Shown here piece after piece: positions 45,437 to 55,698 of a stretch of 64,000 nucleotides of DNA; position 1 is the stretch's first letter; every line of letters begins with the position of its first letter. Source of the DNA: Chloroflexota bacterium (GTDB lineage Bacteria; Chloroflexota; UBA11872); contig DAOUIX010000034.1 of assembly GCA_034423235.1 (NCBI GenBank), forward strand, positions 10,431 to 74,430, in the 5' to 3' direction. Both the position numbers and the translations under genes were made by a program. The notes under the pieces are model-generated. The model saw only the letters and a program-made list of their open reading frames with translations. It did no database searches and was not told the DNA's origin.

Positions 45437-46224
45437 GCCAGACCCGAACCGTTCGAGCGACGGTGGAGTATGACGGTGCGGGGTTTCGGGGGTTCCAGCG
45501 CCAGCGAAGCGCCCGGACTGTACAAGGGGTGTTGGAAGCGGCCATTCTGGCAGCGACCGGCGAAAGCGCCACGGTTGCCGGCGCAGGACGGACGGACAGC
45601 GGCGTCCACGCCCTGGGTCAGGTTGTTGCGTTCGGCGCCCGGACGCGTCTGGACGACGCCACGCTGCAAAGGGCCTTGAATGCTCACCTGCCGGTGGACG
45701 TTGCGATCCGAGAGCTTGTAACGGCAGCGCCCGGGTTCGATCCGCAGCGCGATGCGCTGGCCCGCGTCTACGAATACCGGATCGAACAACGCCCAGTGCG
45801 GCCAGCGCTCGACCGGGCCCGTGCCTGGCATGTCGCGCAACCGCTTGATGTGGCGGGAATGCGCGCTGCGGCGGCCGAACTGGTGGGCTGCTTTGACTTT
45901 GACGCATTCACTACCGGACCGCAGTCCAGCACGCAGCGCGAGGTCTACGCGCTTGAAGTGTGGCGTGAAGGTTCGTCCATCTACATCCGCATTGCCGCGA
46001 ACGCGTTTCTGTACCGCATGGTGCGGCGTATCGCGGCTACGCTGGTTCAGGCTGGCCGGGGCGAAATCTCCGCCGCCGACGTAGCGTCGCTGCTCCGTCC
46101 CGCGTCCCGCGCGGAAGTTCGTGGCACGGCGCCCGCACATGGGTTGACCCTGCTGCGGGTGGACTACTCCGAGTCATCCCCTCGATACAATCGACAACGC
46201 ATGATGCAGGCGGTGATCTCGTGA
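45433..46224 (+). CDS. truA: tRNA pseudouridine(38-40) synthase TruA
   Basis: [19 protein letters not shown] catalytic Asp motif. Positioned after rplQ as in many genomes. Confidence 0.9.
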   Translation: MSQTRTVRATVEYDGAGFRGFQRQRSARTVQGVLEAAILAATGESATVAGAGRTDSGVHALGQVVAFGARTRLDDATLQRALNAHLPVDVAIRELVTAAPGFDPQRDALARVYEYRIEQRPVRPALDRARAWHVAQPLDVAGMRAAAAELVGCFDFDAFTTGPQSSTQREVYALEVWREGSSIYIRIAANAFLYRMVRRIAATLVQAGRGEISAADVASLLRPASRAEVRGTAPAHGLTLLRVDYSESSPRYNRQRMMQAVIS

Positions 46225-46637
46225 GCGCACGAAGTGGACGACGATGGGTTGTGGTGGACGCATCCGGGCAAACGCTGGGTCGTCTGGCCACGCGGATCGC
46301 GCACGTGCTGCGCGGCAAAGACCAGCCGACGTTTACTCCAAATGTGGATGATGGTGCCGGCGTCATCGTGATCAACGCGGCACAGGTTCGCGTGACAGGC
46401 CGCAAGCTCGAGCAGAAGTTCTATGCCCGCCACAGCGGCTACCCCGGCGGCATCAAGATGACGCGGCTGGACGAAATGCTTGACCGACGCCCAGACCGGG
46501 TGATCCGGCTCGCGGTGAAGGGCATGTTGCCCAAGAACTCGCTTGGCCGACGCGCGCTCAAGCGCCTGCGCGTTTACGATGGCCCCGAACACCGTCACGA
46601 GGCGCAGCGGCCACAGACACTTGAGGTTGGCGTATGA
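46221..46637 (+). CDS. rplM: 50S ribosomal protein L13
   Basis: [16 protein letters not shown]... Confidence 0.95.
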   Translation: MSARSGRRWVVVDASGQTLGRLATRIAHVLRGKDQPTFTPNVDDGAGVIVINAAQVRVTGRKLEQKFYARHSGYPGGIKMTRLDEMLDRRPDRVIRLAVKGMLPKNSLGRRALKRLRVYDGPEHRHEAQRPQTLEVGV

Positions 46638-47029
46638 CCCTGGAAGGCCACTACTACTACGGGCTGGGACGTCGCAAAGCTGCCGTTGCGCAGGTGCGCG
46701 TCTACGCCGGCCACGGGCCGTTTGTCGTGAACGGCCGACCGATCGAGGAATTCCTGTCGGTCCCGGATCATCGTTTCCACGCGCTTGAGCCCTTGCGGAT
46801 GCTGGACGACATGTCGGTGGGTCTCTCGGCGCGCGTAACGGGCGGCGGTACACGCGGCCAGGCCGGGGCGATTCGACTTGGCCTGGCGCGAGCTCTGGTC
46901 GCCCTGGACGCCGATAACCGACCGAAGCTCAAGCAGGCCGGGATGCTCACGCGCGATCCCCGCGCCAAGGAACGCAAGAAGCCTGGGCTCGTGCGGGCAC
47001 GCAAGGCCAAGCAGTTCACCAAGCGCTAG
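46634..47029 (+). CDS. rpsI: 30S ribosomal protein S9
   Basis: [16 protein letters not shown]..., C-terminal ...KQFTKR. Confidence 0.95.
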   Translation: MTLEGHYYYGLGRRKAAVAQVRVYAGHGPFVVNGRPIEEFLSVPDHRFHALEPLRMLDDMSVGLSARVTGGGTRGQAGAIRLGLARALVALDADNRPKLKQAGMLTRDPRAKERKKPGLVRARKAKQFTKR

Positions 47030-47631
47030 ACGTTCGGCACGTCCTCGTCTGACTCACCCGCTGAAATCTCGAAGCCTAGCTTCGGCAGGTCGTCCAACGT
47101 CGTGAGGCCAAAGTAGGCCAGGAATGTGTCAGTCGTCGTGAATACGGCTGGCCGGCCCGGCGCGTCCAGGCGCCCGGATTCGCGAATCAGGTTTCGTGCC
47201 AACAGGCTGGCCAGGGCGCTGTCGGAGTCAACGCCGCGAACGCGCTCGATCTCGGCGCGGGTTGCCTGACCTCGGTAGGCCACGATCCCCAGCGTCTCGA
47301 GCGCCGCCCTGGACGGCTGTCGACGATGATCCAGGCCGAGCAGCCGCCGGCAGCCCTCCGCCAGATCGGGGGCGGAGACAAGCCGGAAGGCGTTGCGGTG
47401 CTCCAGGAGGGTGATGCCGCGTGTGCGGTAGTGCTCCGTCAATTCGCGCAGCGCCTCACGCACCTCGGATTCCGATGCTCCGGCCACGCCGGCAAGTTCA
47501 CCGGCCGTAAGGGCCCGATCCGCGACAAACAGCAAGGCCTCGATCGTTCGGGCCAGGCCGAAGTCGCCTTCCAGCGTCTCAGGCTCGTCGTACTGGTCCG
47601 GGCTGGCGCTGGCGTGGCTAGCCGCCGGCAT
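47026..47631 (-). CDS. scpB: Segregation and condensation protein B
   Basis: Winged-helix repeats (ALLFVADRALTAGELA..., LLARNLIRESGR). Start is ATG 47631 or possibly 47664. Stop overlaps the rpsI stop on the opposite strand. Confidence 0.8.
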   Translation of the reverse strand: MPAASHASASPDQYDEPETLEGDFGLARTIEALLFVADRALTAGELAGVAGASESEVREALRELTEHYRTRGITLLEHRNAFRLVSAPDLAEGCRRLLGLDHRRQPSRAALETLGIVAYRGQATRAEIERVRGVDSDSALASLLARNLIRESGRLDAPGRPAVFTTTDTFLAYFGLTTLDDLPKLGFEISAGESDEDVPNV

Positions 47632-48373
47632 GGGCGTCCGTGGCGGTAAGCACGATCGCTCCAAAAGGCCCGGATTGCTCCACGGTGGCCGTTCGCTGCT
47701 TGACTAGGTGCAACACCGCCACAAAGACTGCGATGAGCTCGGCACGGTCCGTGCAGGCGGCCGCGATGGTATCGAAGGCTAGCGATCCTCTGACTCGCAG
47801 CATGGCCTGAAGGTCGCGGGCTTTATCGGCAACGCGGTAACGGCGCGTGGGCGTATCGACCAGCGCGTCCACGGGCGCATCGACCCGCATCAGGCGCTCA
47901 AGGGCTTGTACGAGCCGCGTAGGGTCGCCGGCGCCCGGTTCCGGGGCCGGCCGCGGGAGATTCGGCTGCGCGACCCGGATGTACGACGCCTCTCCCGTGC
48001 TCAGGCGATCGTGCAGGTTGATCGCCACGGCCTTGAACGCGGCGTAGATTCGCAGGCGTTCAGCCAGATCGTCCACCGACTCGTCGTCATCGTCTGGCTC
48101 GATCTGCGGCAACAATGCTCGCGACTTCAGAAGGGCCAGCCGAGATGCTACGAGCAGGAATTCGGAGGCGGCTTCCGCAAACTGCTCGTGCAGGTGGTGC
48201 GCATAAGCCACGAATTGATCCGTGACCGCCAGGACTGAAACGCCGGTAACGTCCAGGCCTTGCTTCTCGATGAGCTGGACCAGCAGATCCAGCGGGCCTT
48301 CAAAGTCTCCGGCGGCGATCTCGAATCCGGTCAATGCGCTCGCCTGACCGGCCGGTCCCCAGGTTGCGGTCAT
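47618..48373 (-). CDS. scpA: Segregation and condensation protein A (kleisin)
   Basis: FEGPLDLLVQLIEKQGLDV is a typical ScpA N-terminus. 251 aa. Confidence 0.85.
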   Translation of the reverse strand: MTATWGPAGQASALTGFEIAAGDFEGPLDLLVQLIEKQGLDVTGVSVLAVTDQFVAYAHHLHEQFAEAASEFLLVASRLALLKSRALLPQIEPDDDDESVDDLAERLRIYAAFKAVAINLHDRLSTGEASYIRVAQPNLPRPAPEPGAGDPTRLVQALERLMRVDAPVDALVDTPTRRYRVADKARDLQAMLRVRGSLAFDTIAAACTDRAELIAVFVAVLHLVKQRTATVEQSGPFGAIVLTATDAHAGG

Positions 48374-48942
48374 AGCCGCCCGTCCAATTCAGCCAGCCGG
48401 CGTCCGCCGGCGTGTTCGCGAAAGCCGTAACAGCGGAGCGTCTCAACCACACCGGCACGGCTTCCCGCCAATTCCGCCAGGCGAGCGCTGGCTTCGGTGT
48501 CTCCGACAAGGCGGGCGATCCGGCCGCGCCGTGAGCTTGGCGCGAGGAATTGCCACCGCAACAACAGCCAGGGGGCCAACGCCTTGGTGAGCGTCAGACC
48601 CGTTCGGTCGACCAGGCCGGGCCGTCCCTTGCCGACATCGTGCAGCAACGCGGCGACGTGCAGCGCCTCGTCCCGCGGCCAGCGATCTCGAGCCGCGGCA
48701 TAGACGGCCAGTGCGTGACGCTGATCGGCGGGGCTCAGCCGGCGAAACAGTGTTTGCTCGTCGGCGTTGAGAGACCGCAGGGCCTCATCGCGCGCGGCCG
48801 TGGGAATGCGCGGATCAAGGAACCCCAGCGCCTGGCGCAGTCGGTAGCTAACCTCCAAGAAGGAGACTCGTAGCCCAAAGGACGGGACGGCTGATAATAC
48901 CGGTGGCGCCGGGCACGATGGCGACCAAGAGGAACAAGCCAA
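48370..48942 (-). CDS. HD-domain phosphohydrolase (small, about 160-190 aa)
   Basis: H...LLHDVGK...D motifs. N-terminus uncertain: the track start (TTG) overlaps the upstream gene by 95 nt, and an alternative TTG at 48858 is possible. Confidence 0.6.
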   Translation of the reverse strand: MACSSWSPSCPAPPVLSAVPSFGLRVSFLEVSYRLRQALGFLDPRIPTAARDEALRSLNADEQTLFRRLSPADQRHALAVYAAARDRWPRDEALHVAALLHDVGKGRPGLVDRTGLTLTKALAPWLLLRWQFLAPSSRRGRIARLVGDTEASARLAELAGSRAGVVETLRCYGFREHAGGRRLAELDGRL

Positions 48943-49477
48943 TCAGAAGGCCCGGACCAAATCTGCGCAGCCCATCCAGCCGACTGGCCAAGTCCTGCGG
49001 CACCAGGCCGATCAACACGTTAAATCCATCCAGCGGAGGCAGTGGAATCAGGTTGAAGACGGCTAGAAAGAGATTGAGTTGAATGATCAGGACCACGGCG
49101 ATCGTGACCAGGTCGACCCCGGATCCCGCCGCGAGTTCCCGGGCAAACGGGGCGAGGACCAACGCCAGCGCAACGTTTGATGCCGGTCCGGCGGCGGCGA
49201 CCAGCGCCATTCCACGACGCGACCCGAACCGTAACCGATAGGGATTGACCAGCACCGGACGTCCCCATCCGAAAGATGCAATGAGAATCATCACGGTACC
49301 CAGAAAGTCCAGATGCCGAAGCGGGTTCAGGGTTACCCGGCCCTGGAGCCGCGGGAGGTCGTCGCCCAGCCACGTTGCCACGAGGGCGTGGCTGGCTTCG
49401 TGAAGCGTGATCGCCACGACAAACGCCAGGGCAACGATCAGAAAGAGCTGTGGGTCCTGACCGAGCCGAAGCAGCAC
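48848..49477 (-). CDS. Site-2 protease family (M50) intramembrane metalloprotease
   Basis: HEASHA (HExxH) in a TM helix plus [18 protein letters not shown] (NxxPxxxLDG) motif. Multiple TM helices. Confidence 0.8.
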   Translation of the reverse strand: MLLRLGQDPQLFLIVALAFVVAITLHEASHALVATWLGDDLPRLQGRVTLNPLRHLDFLGTVMILIASFGWGRPVLVNPYRLRFGSRRGMALVAAAGPASNVALALVLAPFARELAAGSGVDLVTIAVVLIIQLNLFLAVFNLIPLPPLDGFNVLIGLVPQDLASRLDGLRRFGPGLLIGLFLLVAIVPGATGIISRPVLWATSLLLGG

Positions 49478-49583
49478 GTGGTTGCGCCGATCTCGCTACG
49501 CGGGCAATGCCGGCCGAGGCAGCGGCTCGGGGAAAGAGGGCGCGTGGTTGTGACGGGCCGACCGTCCGATGAGTCGCCGAGGT

Positions 49584-50351
49584 TCAAGCATCGGCGCGCT
49601 CAACAGTTACCGTGGCGCCCGCCCGGCACCCGAGGAGCTTGGCGGCGGAGGCGCCCGGTACGGCAATCTCCAGCAGATTCCAGCTTCCGACCAGCGCGAC
49701 GGGGGAGTCTCCCGATCCGTAGGTCACGGCCAGACCCTTGATCCGATGGCCGCCGACACTCGTGTGCACCATGCGCCCAGTCTGCACGAAAGCCGCGGGA
49801 ACGTTGGTGATCAAGTTGCCAAAAGCGTCAACGTGAACGACCTCGCCGCGGGTGACCGCACCGTTGACGCGGGCGGCAGGACGCGGGATGCGCACCGGGT
49901 CGTCGATCGGCGAGCCGAGCCACTCGGGCCGCTCGTAGTTGGCCAGGCGCGCCGCGACTGGTGCAAAGACGTCGCGCGCGTGAAAGGTCGGGGCAACAGG
50001 CGTCCGCCACGTCTCCGGCCGGTCGATGGCCCAACATCGCGCCAATCCCTTCGTCGGTATGAGCAGGCCGTTGTCGGGGCCCACCAGCCAGCGGTCCCCG
50101 CGCCTGACGATCAGGCCCCGCCGCTCGGTGCCAACGCCGGGATCGACCACCGCCAGCAGCACCGCGCCCGCCGGCAGGAGTTCGAGCGAGGTGTCAACTA
50201 TGTGAGCGCCGAGTTGGACGTGATGTGCCGGCGCGCTGTGCGTCAGGCTCACGACTCGCGCCGGCGAGGCGGCGGCCACAACGGTAGCTACCTGCCCGGC
50301 GTAAGGGTCCTCCGATCCAAAGTCCGTCAGCAGGGCCACCAGCCGGTTCAT
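49584..50351 (-). CDS. SAM hydroxide adenosyltransferase / SAM hydrolase (DUF62, fluorinase/chlorinase-like fold)
   Basis: Family-typical N-terminus LTDFGSEDPYAGQV... and VDPGVGT motif. 255 aa. Confidence 0.7.
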   Translation of the reverse strand: MNRLVALLTDFGSEDPYAGQVATVVAAASPARVVSLTHSAPAHHVQLGAHIVDTSLELLPAGAVLLAVVDPGVGTERRGLIVRRGDRWLVGPDNGLLIPTKGLARCWAIDRPETWRTPVAPTFHARDVFAPVAARLANYERPEWLGSPIDDPVRIPRPAARVNGAVTRGEVVHVDAFGNLITNVPAAFVQTGRMVHTSVGGHRIKGLAVTYGSGDSPVALVGSWNLLEIAVPGASAAKLLGCRAGATVTVERADA

Positions 50352-51253
50352 GCTCGTGCCGCCGAGAGTCCGTAGGCCGGTCGTGCCTGGAGGGCGCCCT
50401 GAATCACCGCGGCCGCGAACGCCTGGGCTGCGGCGTGACCCAACATTGTCAAATCGACGTCAGCCGCCTCGTTGCCACTAGCTACAGCGAAAATCGTGTC
50501 CCCGTCGTACATGCCGTGGGCAGGGTAAACGGCTCGCGCCAGGCCATCGTGCGCCATTTCCGCGACCTTCTGTAGCTGCCAGCGTTCCAGCCGGGCGTCC
50601 ACCGCCACCACGCCAATGGTGGTGTGTTGACCGTGGCCGGGGTGAGCGATGGCGGAACCGGCCGCCAGTGTGCTTCCGGTTGCCGGGTCGATGACGGCGC
50701 CGGCCGGATTCACAACCGCCAGGGCGCCCGCCAGGACGTTGCCTGCTTGCACAAGGGCGCTTCCGAGTCCGCCCTTCAGCCGGCCCTTTCCCGCTCCGAT
50801 GGTCGCACCGGTTCCCGCGCCTACGTTGCCTTGCCGAACGGGTTCCTCCGAAGCCGCGTCAGCCGCGGCGGCGCCGGCGTCGGCGTCCGGCCGTACCGAA
50901 CGCTCGCCAACCGCGAGGTCGTAGACGACCGCAGCCGGCACGATTGGCACCGGACCTGCCGAAGTCGGAAACCCTCGGCCCGCCGCCTCCAAGCGCCGCA
51001 TGACGCCGTCGGCGGCGGCCAGTCCGAAGGCGCTGCCACCGGCCAGCAGAATCGCGTCGGCCCTGGCCACCAGGCCGCCAGGGCTAAGTGCGTCGGTTTC
51101 TCGCGTTCCGGGCGCTGATCCGCGAACGTCTACGGCGGCTGGCACGGAACGATCGAATAGGACGACAGTACAGCCGGTCCCGGCGGCGGCGTGCGTCCAG
51201 TGACCAACGCGGATTCCGGGAAGCGCGGTCAATGTCGGATTGGCGTGCGCCAC
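50348..51253 (-). CDS. P1-family (DmpA/S58-like) aminopeptidase
   Basis: IRVGHWT...GTGCTVVL, autoproteolytic GS/T site region. Gly/Ala-rich. Stop overlaps the downstream start by 4 nt. Confidence 0.65.
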   Translation of the reverse strand: MAHANPTLTALPGIRVGHWTHAAAGTGCTVVLFDRSVPAAVDVRGSAPGTRETDALSPGGLVARADAILLAGGSAFGLAAADGVMRRLEAAGRGFPTSAGPVPIVPAAVVYDLAVGERSVRPDADAGAAAADAASEEPVRQGNVGAGTGATIGAGKGRLKGGLGSALVQAGNVLAGALAVVNPAGAVIDPATGSTLAAGSAIAHPGHGQHTTIGVVAVDARLERWQLQKVAEMAHDGLARAVYPAHGMYDGDTIFAVASGNEAADVDLTMLGHAAAQAFAAAVIQGALQARPAYGLSAARA

Positions 51254-51326
51254 ACTCAGTCTCGATCAACACCGAACTGCGGACCGATTGTCACAGACCA
51301 GCGGGAGTCGCTGACTAGAATCGCCC

Positions 51327-52613
51327 ATGGTGCGACGTCTCTCTCGACGCATGTTCTTCGCGGGCGCGGCTTTGGCTGCCGCCGCCTGTGGCGCAGCGTC
51401 TCAGCGTGACGATTTGCCGCATACGCTGGAAGTGGCGGCGTCGGGTGACGAACCCGGCGATGGTGTTGCATTGCCCTCGCTCGCCGCACACCAGCGGCGT
51501 GCGAGCCTGATGGCGGATGTGGCCAGGCTGGCTCGGTTGGACGCAACGACTTCGCTGCGAAACTCACCGCTTGGCAACGCTCTCATTCGGTCGATCGACG
51601 GGATCGGGCTGGACGCTGAGCGGCGCCAATTCCTGGCCTCCGGGCGGGGCCTTCCATCGGTGAGTGTTCGGGTGGACGGCGGATTCGTGCTGGCCTCGGG
51701 GATGATCTACTCGGCCATTGACGTTGTTCAGGGTCCATTGCGCCAGGCCCAGGTAAGCGACGACGGCACGCTGCAAGGGGCTGACTACGGTGGCGCCGTC
51801 GTCTTGATTGCCCGCGGCGTAACACCGTTCCGGGTCATCGGGCGGCTGCTTGAACAGGCCGGCGCCGTGGGGGTCATCGTTAGCAACAACCGTCCTGGGT
51901 TGCTCTACGGCACGCTGAGTCAGCCGTCGAGTATTCCGGTGGTCGCCGTCACGCAGGAAACCGGCGAGGACTTGGTGGAACTCCTCCAGGCAAGCGAGCC
52001 GCGCGCCGTGATTGACGTCTCGCCGCCGCCGCGATCATTCGAGGGTGCAAACGTGATCGGACATCGGGCTGGGCCGCTACGGCGACAGGTCATCGTCGCG
52101 ACGCCGGCCGACGCGCCGCTCGCCGATTACTCCCACGGCGGCAACGCCGACGGGCTGGCGTTGCTGCTTGCGCTCGCGCGCTACGCGGAGGACCTCCAGC
52201 CGCGGCACTCCGTGAGCTTTGTCGCGTTCGATGGGACGCATCGCGGCTACGTTGGCAGCCGCTGGTTTCTGGCTCACTTGTCGGAAGCCGAACGCGAATC
52301 CATTGACGCGGTATTCACATTTGATCGCCCCGGACGATCCCAGACACTGCATCTTGGCTCGTCGCAGGGCCTGAGACCGAAGCTTGATCAACGCCTCGAG
52401 GCTGAGCACCACGATCTCCGAGTGTCGCCAGACTTTGGAGTTGGACGCGGCGACCACGACACGTTCGCCACCCGTGGGATTCCCTATGCGTTTCTCGCCA
52501 GCGACGGCGGTGGCGAGGTTGTAGGCGACGCGTTACTGCAAGCCTTTCAGGTCGCCGCGGTTGCGCTTGAAGTCCTGGACGGCGTCGACGCCGCCGCAAC
52601 GCAGACGAACTAA
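51327..52613 (+). CDS. Secreted lipoprotein, M28-family peptidase with PA domain
   Basis: Lipobox (LAAAAC). PA-domain segment, then M28 zinc ligands (HGGNADGLALLLALAR, D...FLASDGGGE). Confidence 0.65.
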   Translation: MVRRLSRRMFFAGAALAAAACGAASQRDDLPHTLEVAASGDEPGDGVALPSLAAHQRRASLMADVARLARLDATTSLRNSPLGNALIRSIDGIGLDAERRQFLASGRGLPSVSVRVDGGFVLASGMIYSAIDVVQGPLRQAQVSDDGTLQGADYGGAVVLIARGVTPFRVIGRLLEQAGAVGVIVSNNRPGLLYGTLSQPSSIPVVAVTQETGEDLVELLQASEPRAVIDVSPPPRSFEGANVIGHRAGPLRRQVIVATPADAPLADYSHGGNADGLALLLALARYAEDLQPRHSVSFVAFDGTHRGYVGSRWFLAHLSEAERESIDAVFTFDRPGRSQTLHLGSSQGLRPKLDQRLEAEHHDLRVSPDFGVGRGDHDTFATRGIPYAFLASDGGGEVVGDALLQAFQVAAVALEVLDGVDAAATQTN

Positions 52614-52655
52614 CGCTTGACCGCGATCGTGAGTCGCGCCTGGATTGCTCGACGT

Positions 52656-53888
52656 CTACTGGCCTTGAGGCTCGTCCCGAGTCGGGCTGGCCCGCAGCCG
52701 CTCGCGTAGCCGGGCATTCGCATCCCGCAGCGCCATGTCCAGGTCGATATCCATTGAGTCGGCCCGCGCGGCTACCCAGAGCAGTGCGTCTCCCAGCGCG
52801 CTGGAGTTTTTCCCGGCTGTCATCGCCGCCATGGCCGCTGCTTCCGCATCCGCCCCGTCGAACGGATGGCCGGCGCGCCGCAGGGCGCGAACGGCCGCGC
52901 GCGCAAACGCCAGGCTGGGCAGCGAGTCCGGCAGGCCATCCAGCGGACCCCGCTCCGCGACATGCTCCGACGCTTTGATCTGCGCCCACGACTGGCCCAA
53001 CGCTTCCAAATCCTCGAAACGTACATCGCCAAAGACGTGCGGATGGCGTCGAATAATCTTGGCGCTGATGGCGGCCACCACGTCCGGCCAGGCGAAGCCC
53101 CCACGCTGCCGGGCAATTTCGGCATGCAGTACGAGGTTCAAGAGTACGTCGCCGAACTCGTCCACCATTGCCGCGTCATTCCCCTCGTCGATAGCAGCCA
53201 GCGCTTCGTGCGCCTCCTCCACGAGATACGCGCGCAGGGTCTGATGCGTCTGGCTCTTGTCCCACGGGCACCCGTCCGGTCCGCGCAGTCGACGCGCGAT
53301 GTCGCGCAGGGTGTTGGTGTCCCGCAGCCGTGATTGCTCATTGGGCAACGCGCGTAGCGAAGCCGGGAACGCCGTCGGCTTTGCCGATCCGCAGGCGCTC
53401 CATTGCGAGCAGGACCAGGCTCTGGATTCGATGACCGCGTTCGACCCATACGCGGCGCGCAGCCTGTTCCGCCAAGATTCCAGTTCGCGATCATCGACGA
53501 GGCCCCGCACCACGGTCTGCATCCCCGGTGACGGTCGCCAGTCGCTGCCGGCCGGACCCATCACGGCGGGTCCATTGACGGCAGGCGCCGACTCCGGTCC
53601 GATGATCAGGCTCACAGCGCCCCGGTCTTTCAGTTCCTGGAGGACAGGAACGCCTGGATCATCATCGGCGCCGTAGCCGGGCGCCAGGTAGAGCACCTGC
53701 GCGGCTGCCAAGTCTGCAAAGGCGCATTCCCAGGCGGTGACACTCGGTGGCGACGGCAGCGGCACGGCTGCTGGAGCGGCGGCGATCGGCGTCCACGACG
53801 TTAGCGTTTCCGATGGATAAGGCGCCGCGGCCTCAATCTGCGCTGACGTCCCATCCTCGACGAAGGCCACGCGAACGGCGACGCTCAT
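52656..53888 (-). CDS. mazG: MazG-family nucleoside triphosphate pyrophosphohydrolase with an about 190-aa N-terminal region of unclear nature
   Basis: C-terminal two tandem MazG/EEXX(E/D) helical domains (LRAYLVEEAHEALAAI, second near DALLWVAARA). N-terminal part has coding-like composition but no recognisable motif. Confidence 0.7.
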   Translation of the reverse strand: MSVAVRVAFVEDGTSAQIEAAAPYPSETLTSWTPIAAAPAAVPLPSPPSVTAWECAFADLAAAQVLYLAPGYGADDDPGVPVLQELKDRGAVSLIIGPESAPAVNGPAVMGPAGSDWRPSPGMQTVVRGLVDDRELESWRNRLRAAYGSNAVIESRAWSCSQWSACGSAKPTAFPASLRALPNEQSRLRDTNTLRDIARRLRGPDGCPWDKSQTHQTLRAYLVEEAHEALAAIDEGNDAAMVDEFGDVLLNLVLHAEIARQRGGFAWPDVVAAISAKIIRRHPHVFGDVRFEDLEALGQSWAQIKASEHVAERGPLDGLPDSLPSLAFARAAVRALRRAGHPFDGADAEAAAMAAMTAGKNSSALGDALLWVAARADSMDIDLDMALRDANARLRERLRASPTRDEPQGQ

Positions 53889-53948
53889 GAGTCCGAACCC
53901 GGTTCAATCCTGTGTCGCCATGCGCTGCGATATTCTAGACCCCAGTCC

Positions 53949-54359
53949 TTGTTGCTTGTCCCCGGTGAGTTGATGTATCCAGACGACCTTGGCTACACGC
54001 GCGAACACGAGTGGGTTCGCGCGGAAGGCGAGCATCTGCTCGTTGGCATCACAGCCTATGCACAGGAAGAGCTTGGGGATGTCGTGTATGTCGAGCTTCC
54101 GACGCCCGGCGAGTCCTTTGCGGCGGGCGATGAGTTCGGAACGGTCGAGTCGGTCAAGGCTGTCTCGCCGCTTTACGTCCCGATGTCAGGCGAGATCCTC
54201 GAAATCAACGAGGAGTTGGAGGCGCAGCCGGAACTCATCAACGACGATCCGTACGCGGCAGGCTGGATGATCCGCGTGGCGCCTAGCGACCCGAGCGAAC
54301 GCGACACGCTGCTCGACGCGCAAGCGTATGAACAGCTAGTGAATGACTTACGCGCCTAA
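53949..54359 (+). CDS. gcvH: Glycine cleavage system H protein
   Basis: Lipoyl-lysine motif VESVKAVS. N-terminus aligns to GcvH (VPGEL.Y..EHEWV). Confidence 0.9.
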   Translation: MLLVPGELMYPDDLGYTREHEWVRAEGEHLLVGITAYAQEELGDVVYVELPTPGESFAAGDEFGTVESVKAVSPLYVPMSGEILEINEELEAQPELINDDPYAAGWMIRVAPSDPSERDTLLDAQAYEQLVNDLRA

Positions 54360-55698
54360 CACCGACGCTGACCGGGCGGCGATGCTGCGCGCGGTCGGCG
54401 TTGAATCGATAGACCAGCTCTTTGAAGACATCCCGGCCGGGCGCCGAGACCCGGTTCTTGACCTGCCGCCCGCACTGCCGGAAACCGACGTCATTCGCCA
54501 CCTACAGGCGCTAGGCGATCGAAACGCGACATCGAGCGACCTGCCTTCGTTTCTTGGCGCCGGGTTTTACCGACACTTTGTGCCCGCCCTGGTCGACCAG
54601 CAGTTGCTTCGCTCGGAGTGGTATACGGCTTACACGCCCTACCAGCCGGAAATGGCGCAGGGCACGTTGCAGGCCATGTACGAGTTCCAGTCGCTGGTCT
54701 GCGACCTCACCGGCATGGACGTGTCGAATGCCTCGCTGTACGACGGAGCGTCGGCGTTAGCCGAAGCCGTGCTGTTGTGTCGGGGCCTGACGCGTCGACC
54801 GCGTGTTGTCATGGCCGACACGGTGCATCCGGCCTATCGAGATGTAGCCGCGACGTATGTCAGCGCGCTTGATGTTGACCTGCAGGTCGTCTCGGCCGCT
54901 CGCCGCGATACAACAAGCGTTCGGCCCGATCTTCAGCCGCTGGTCGATGCCATCGACGACCGGACAAGCTGCGTCGTCATCCAGCGCCCAGACTTTCTGG
55001 GCATGGTGGTTGACCCTGACCCGGTCATCCAGGCCGCGCGCGCGAACGGCGCTCGTGTGGTGATTGTCGTCGGCGATCCGGTTTCGCTTGGTCTGCTGGT
55101 ACCGCCGGGCGATCTCGGCGCCGACATCGTGGTCGGTGAACTGCGGTCGCTCGCCGGGCCGCCAGCCTACGGCGGGCCTGGCGCCGGCATGTTTGCCGTC
55201 AAGTCCCAGCTGATTCGCCGTGTCCCGGGCCGTATCGCGGGTCGAACGGTTGACCTCGACGGCAAGAACGCGTTCGTTCTGACTCTGCAGACCCGTGAGC
55301 AACACATCCGTCGCGAACGCGCGACCTCCAATATCACAACAAACCAGGCCCTGGTGACGCTGGGCGCAACGATCTCGCTCAGCGCGCTGGGCCGCCGCGG
55401 TCTGCGGGAAGTCGCCGAGCAGTCGCTGTCCGCGGCCCATCGCGCGGCCGAGGCTCTGGAGAGTGCCGGAGCTGTGATTGCCACTGATGCCCCGTACTTC
55501 AACGAGTTCGCCGTGCATGCGCCCGAGGGCGCCGCCGCCCGGCTTGCCCGACTCCGCGGCGAGGGCCAGGTGCTCGCGGGCGTGGATCTTGGGTGCGTCG
55601 CCCCCCGATTCGACGACTTGATTCTCGTGGCCGCTACTGAACTGACGACCGCCGGCGATATCGAAGCGCTGGCCGCGGCCTGGGCTCGTACCGGATGA
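54343..55698 (+). CDS. gcvPA: Glycine dehydrogenase (decarboxylating) subunit 1
   Basis: 451 aa. PA subunit motifs (YTPYQPE..QG.LQ..YE.Q). Confidence 0.9.
   Translation: MTYAPNTDADRAAMLRAVGVESIDQLFEDIPAGRRDPVLDLPPALPETDVIRHLQALGDRNATSSDLPSFLGAGFYRHFVPALVDQQLLRSEWYTAYTPYQPEMAQGTLQAMYEFQSLVCDLTGMDVSNASLYDGASALAEAVLLCRGLTRRPRVVMADTVHPAYRDVAATYVSALDVDLQVVSAARRDTTSVRPDLQPLVDAIDDRTSCVVIQRPDFLGMVVDPDPVIQAARANGARVVIVVGDPVSLGLLVPPGDLGADIVVGELRSLAGPPAYGGPGAGMFAVKSQLIRRVPGRIAGRTVDLDGKNAFVLTLQTREQHIRRERATSNITTNQALVTLGATISLSALGRRGLREVAEQSLSAAHRAAEALESAGAVIATDAPYFNEFAVHAPEGAAARLARLRGEGQVLAGVDLGCVAPRFDDLILVAATELTTAGDIEALAAAWARTG

Noticed and set aside
53889-53948. Glycine riboswitch upstream of gcvH
   Set aside because: Only about 60 nt of non-coding sequence. 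Too short for even a single glycine aptamer, and the conserved aptamer core motifs are not visible.
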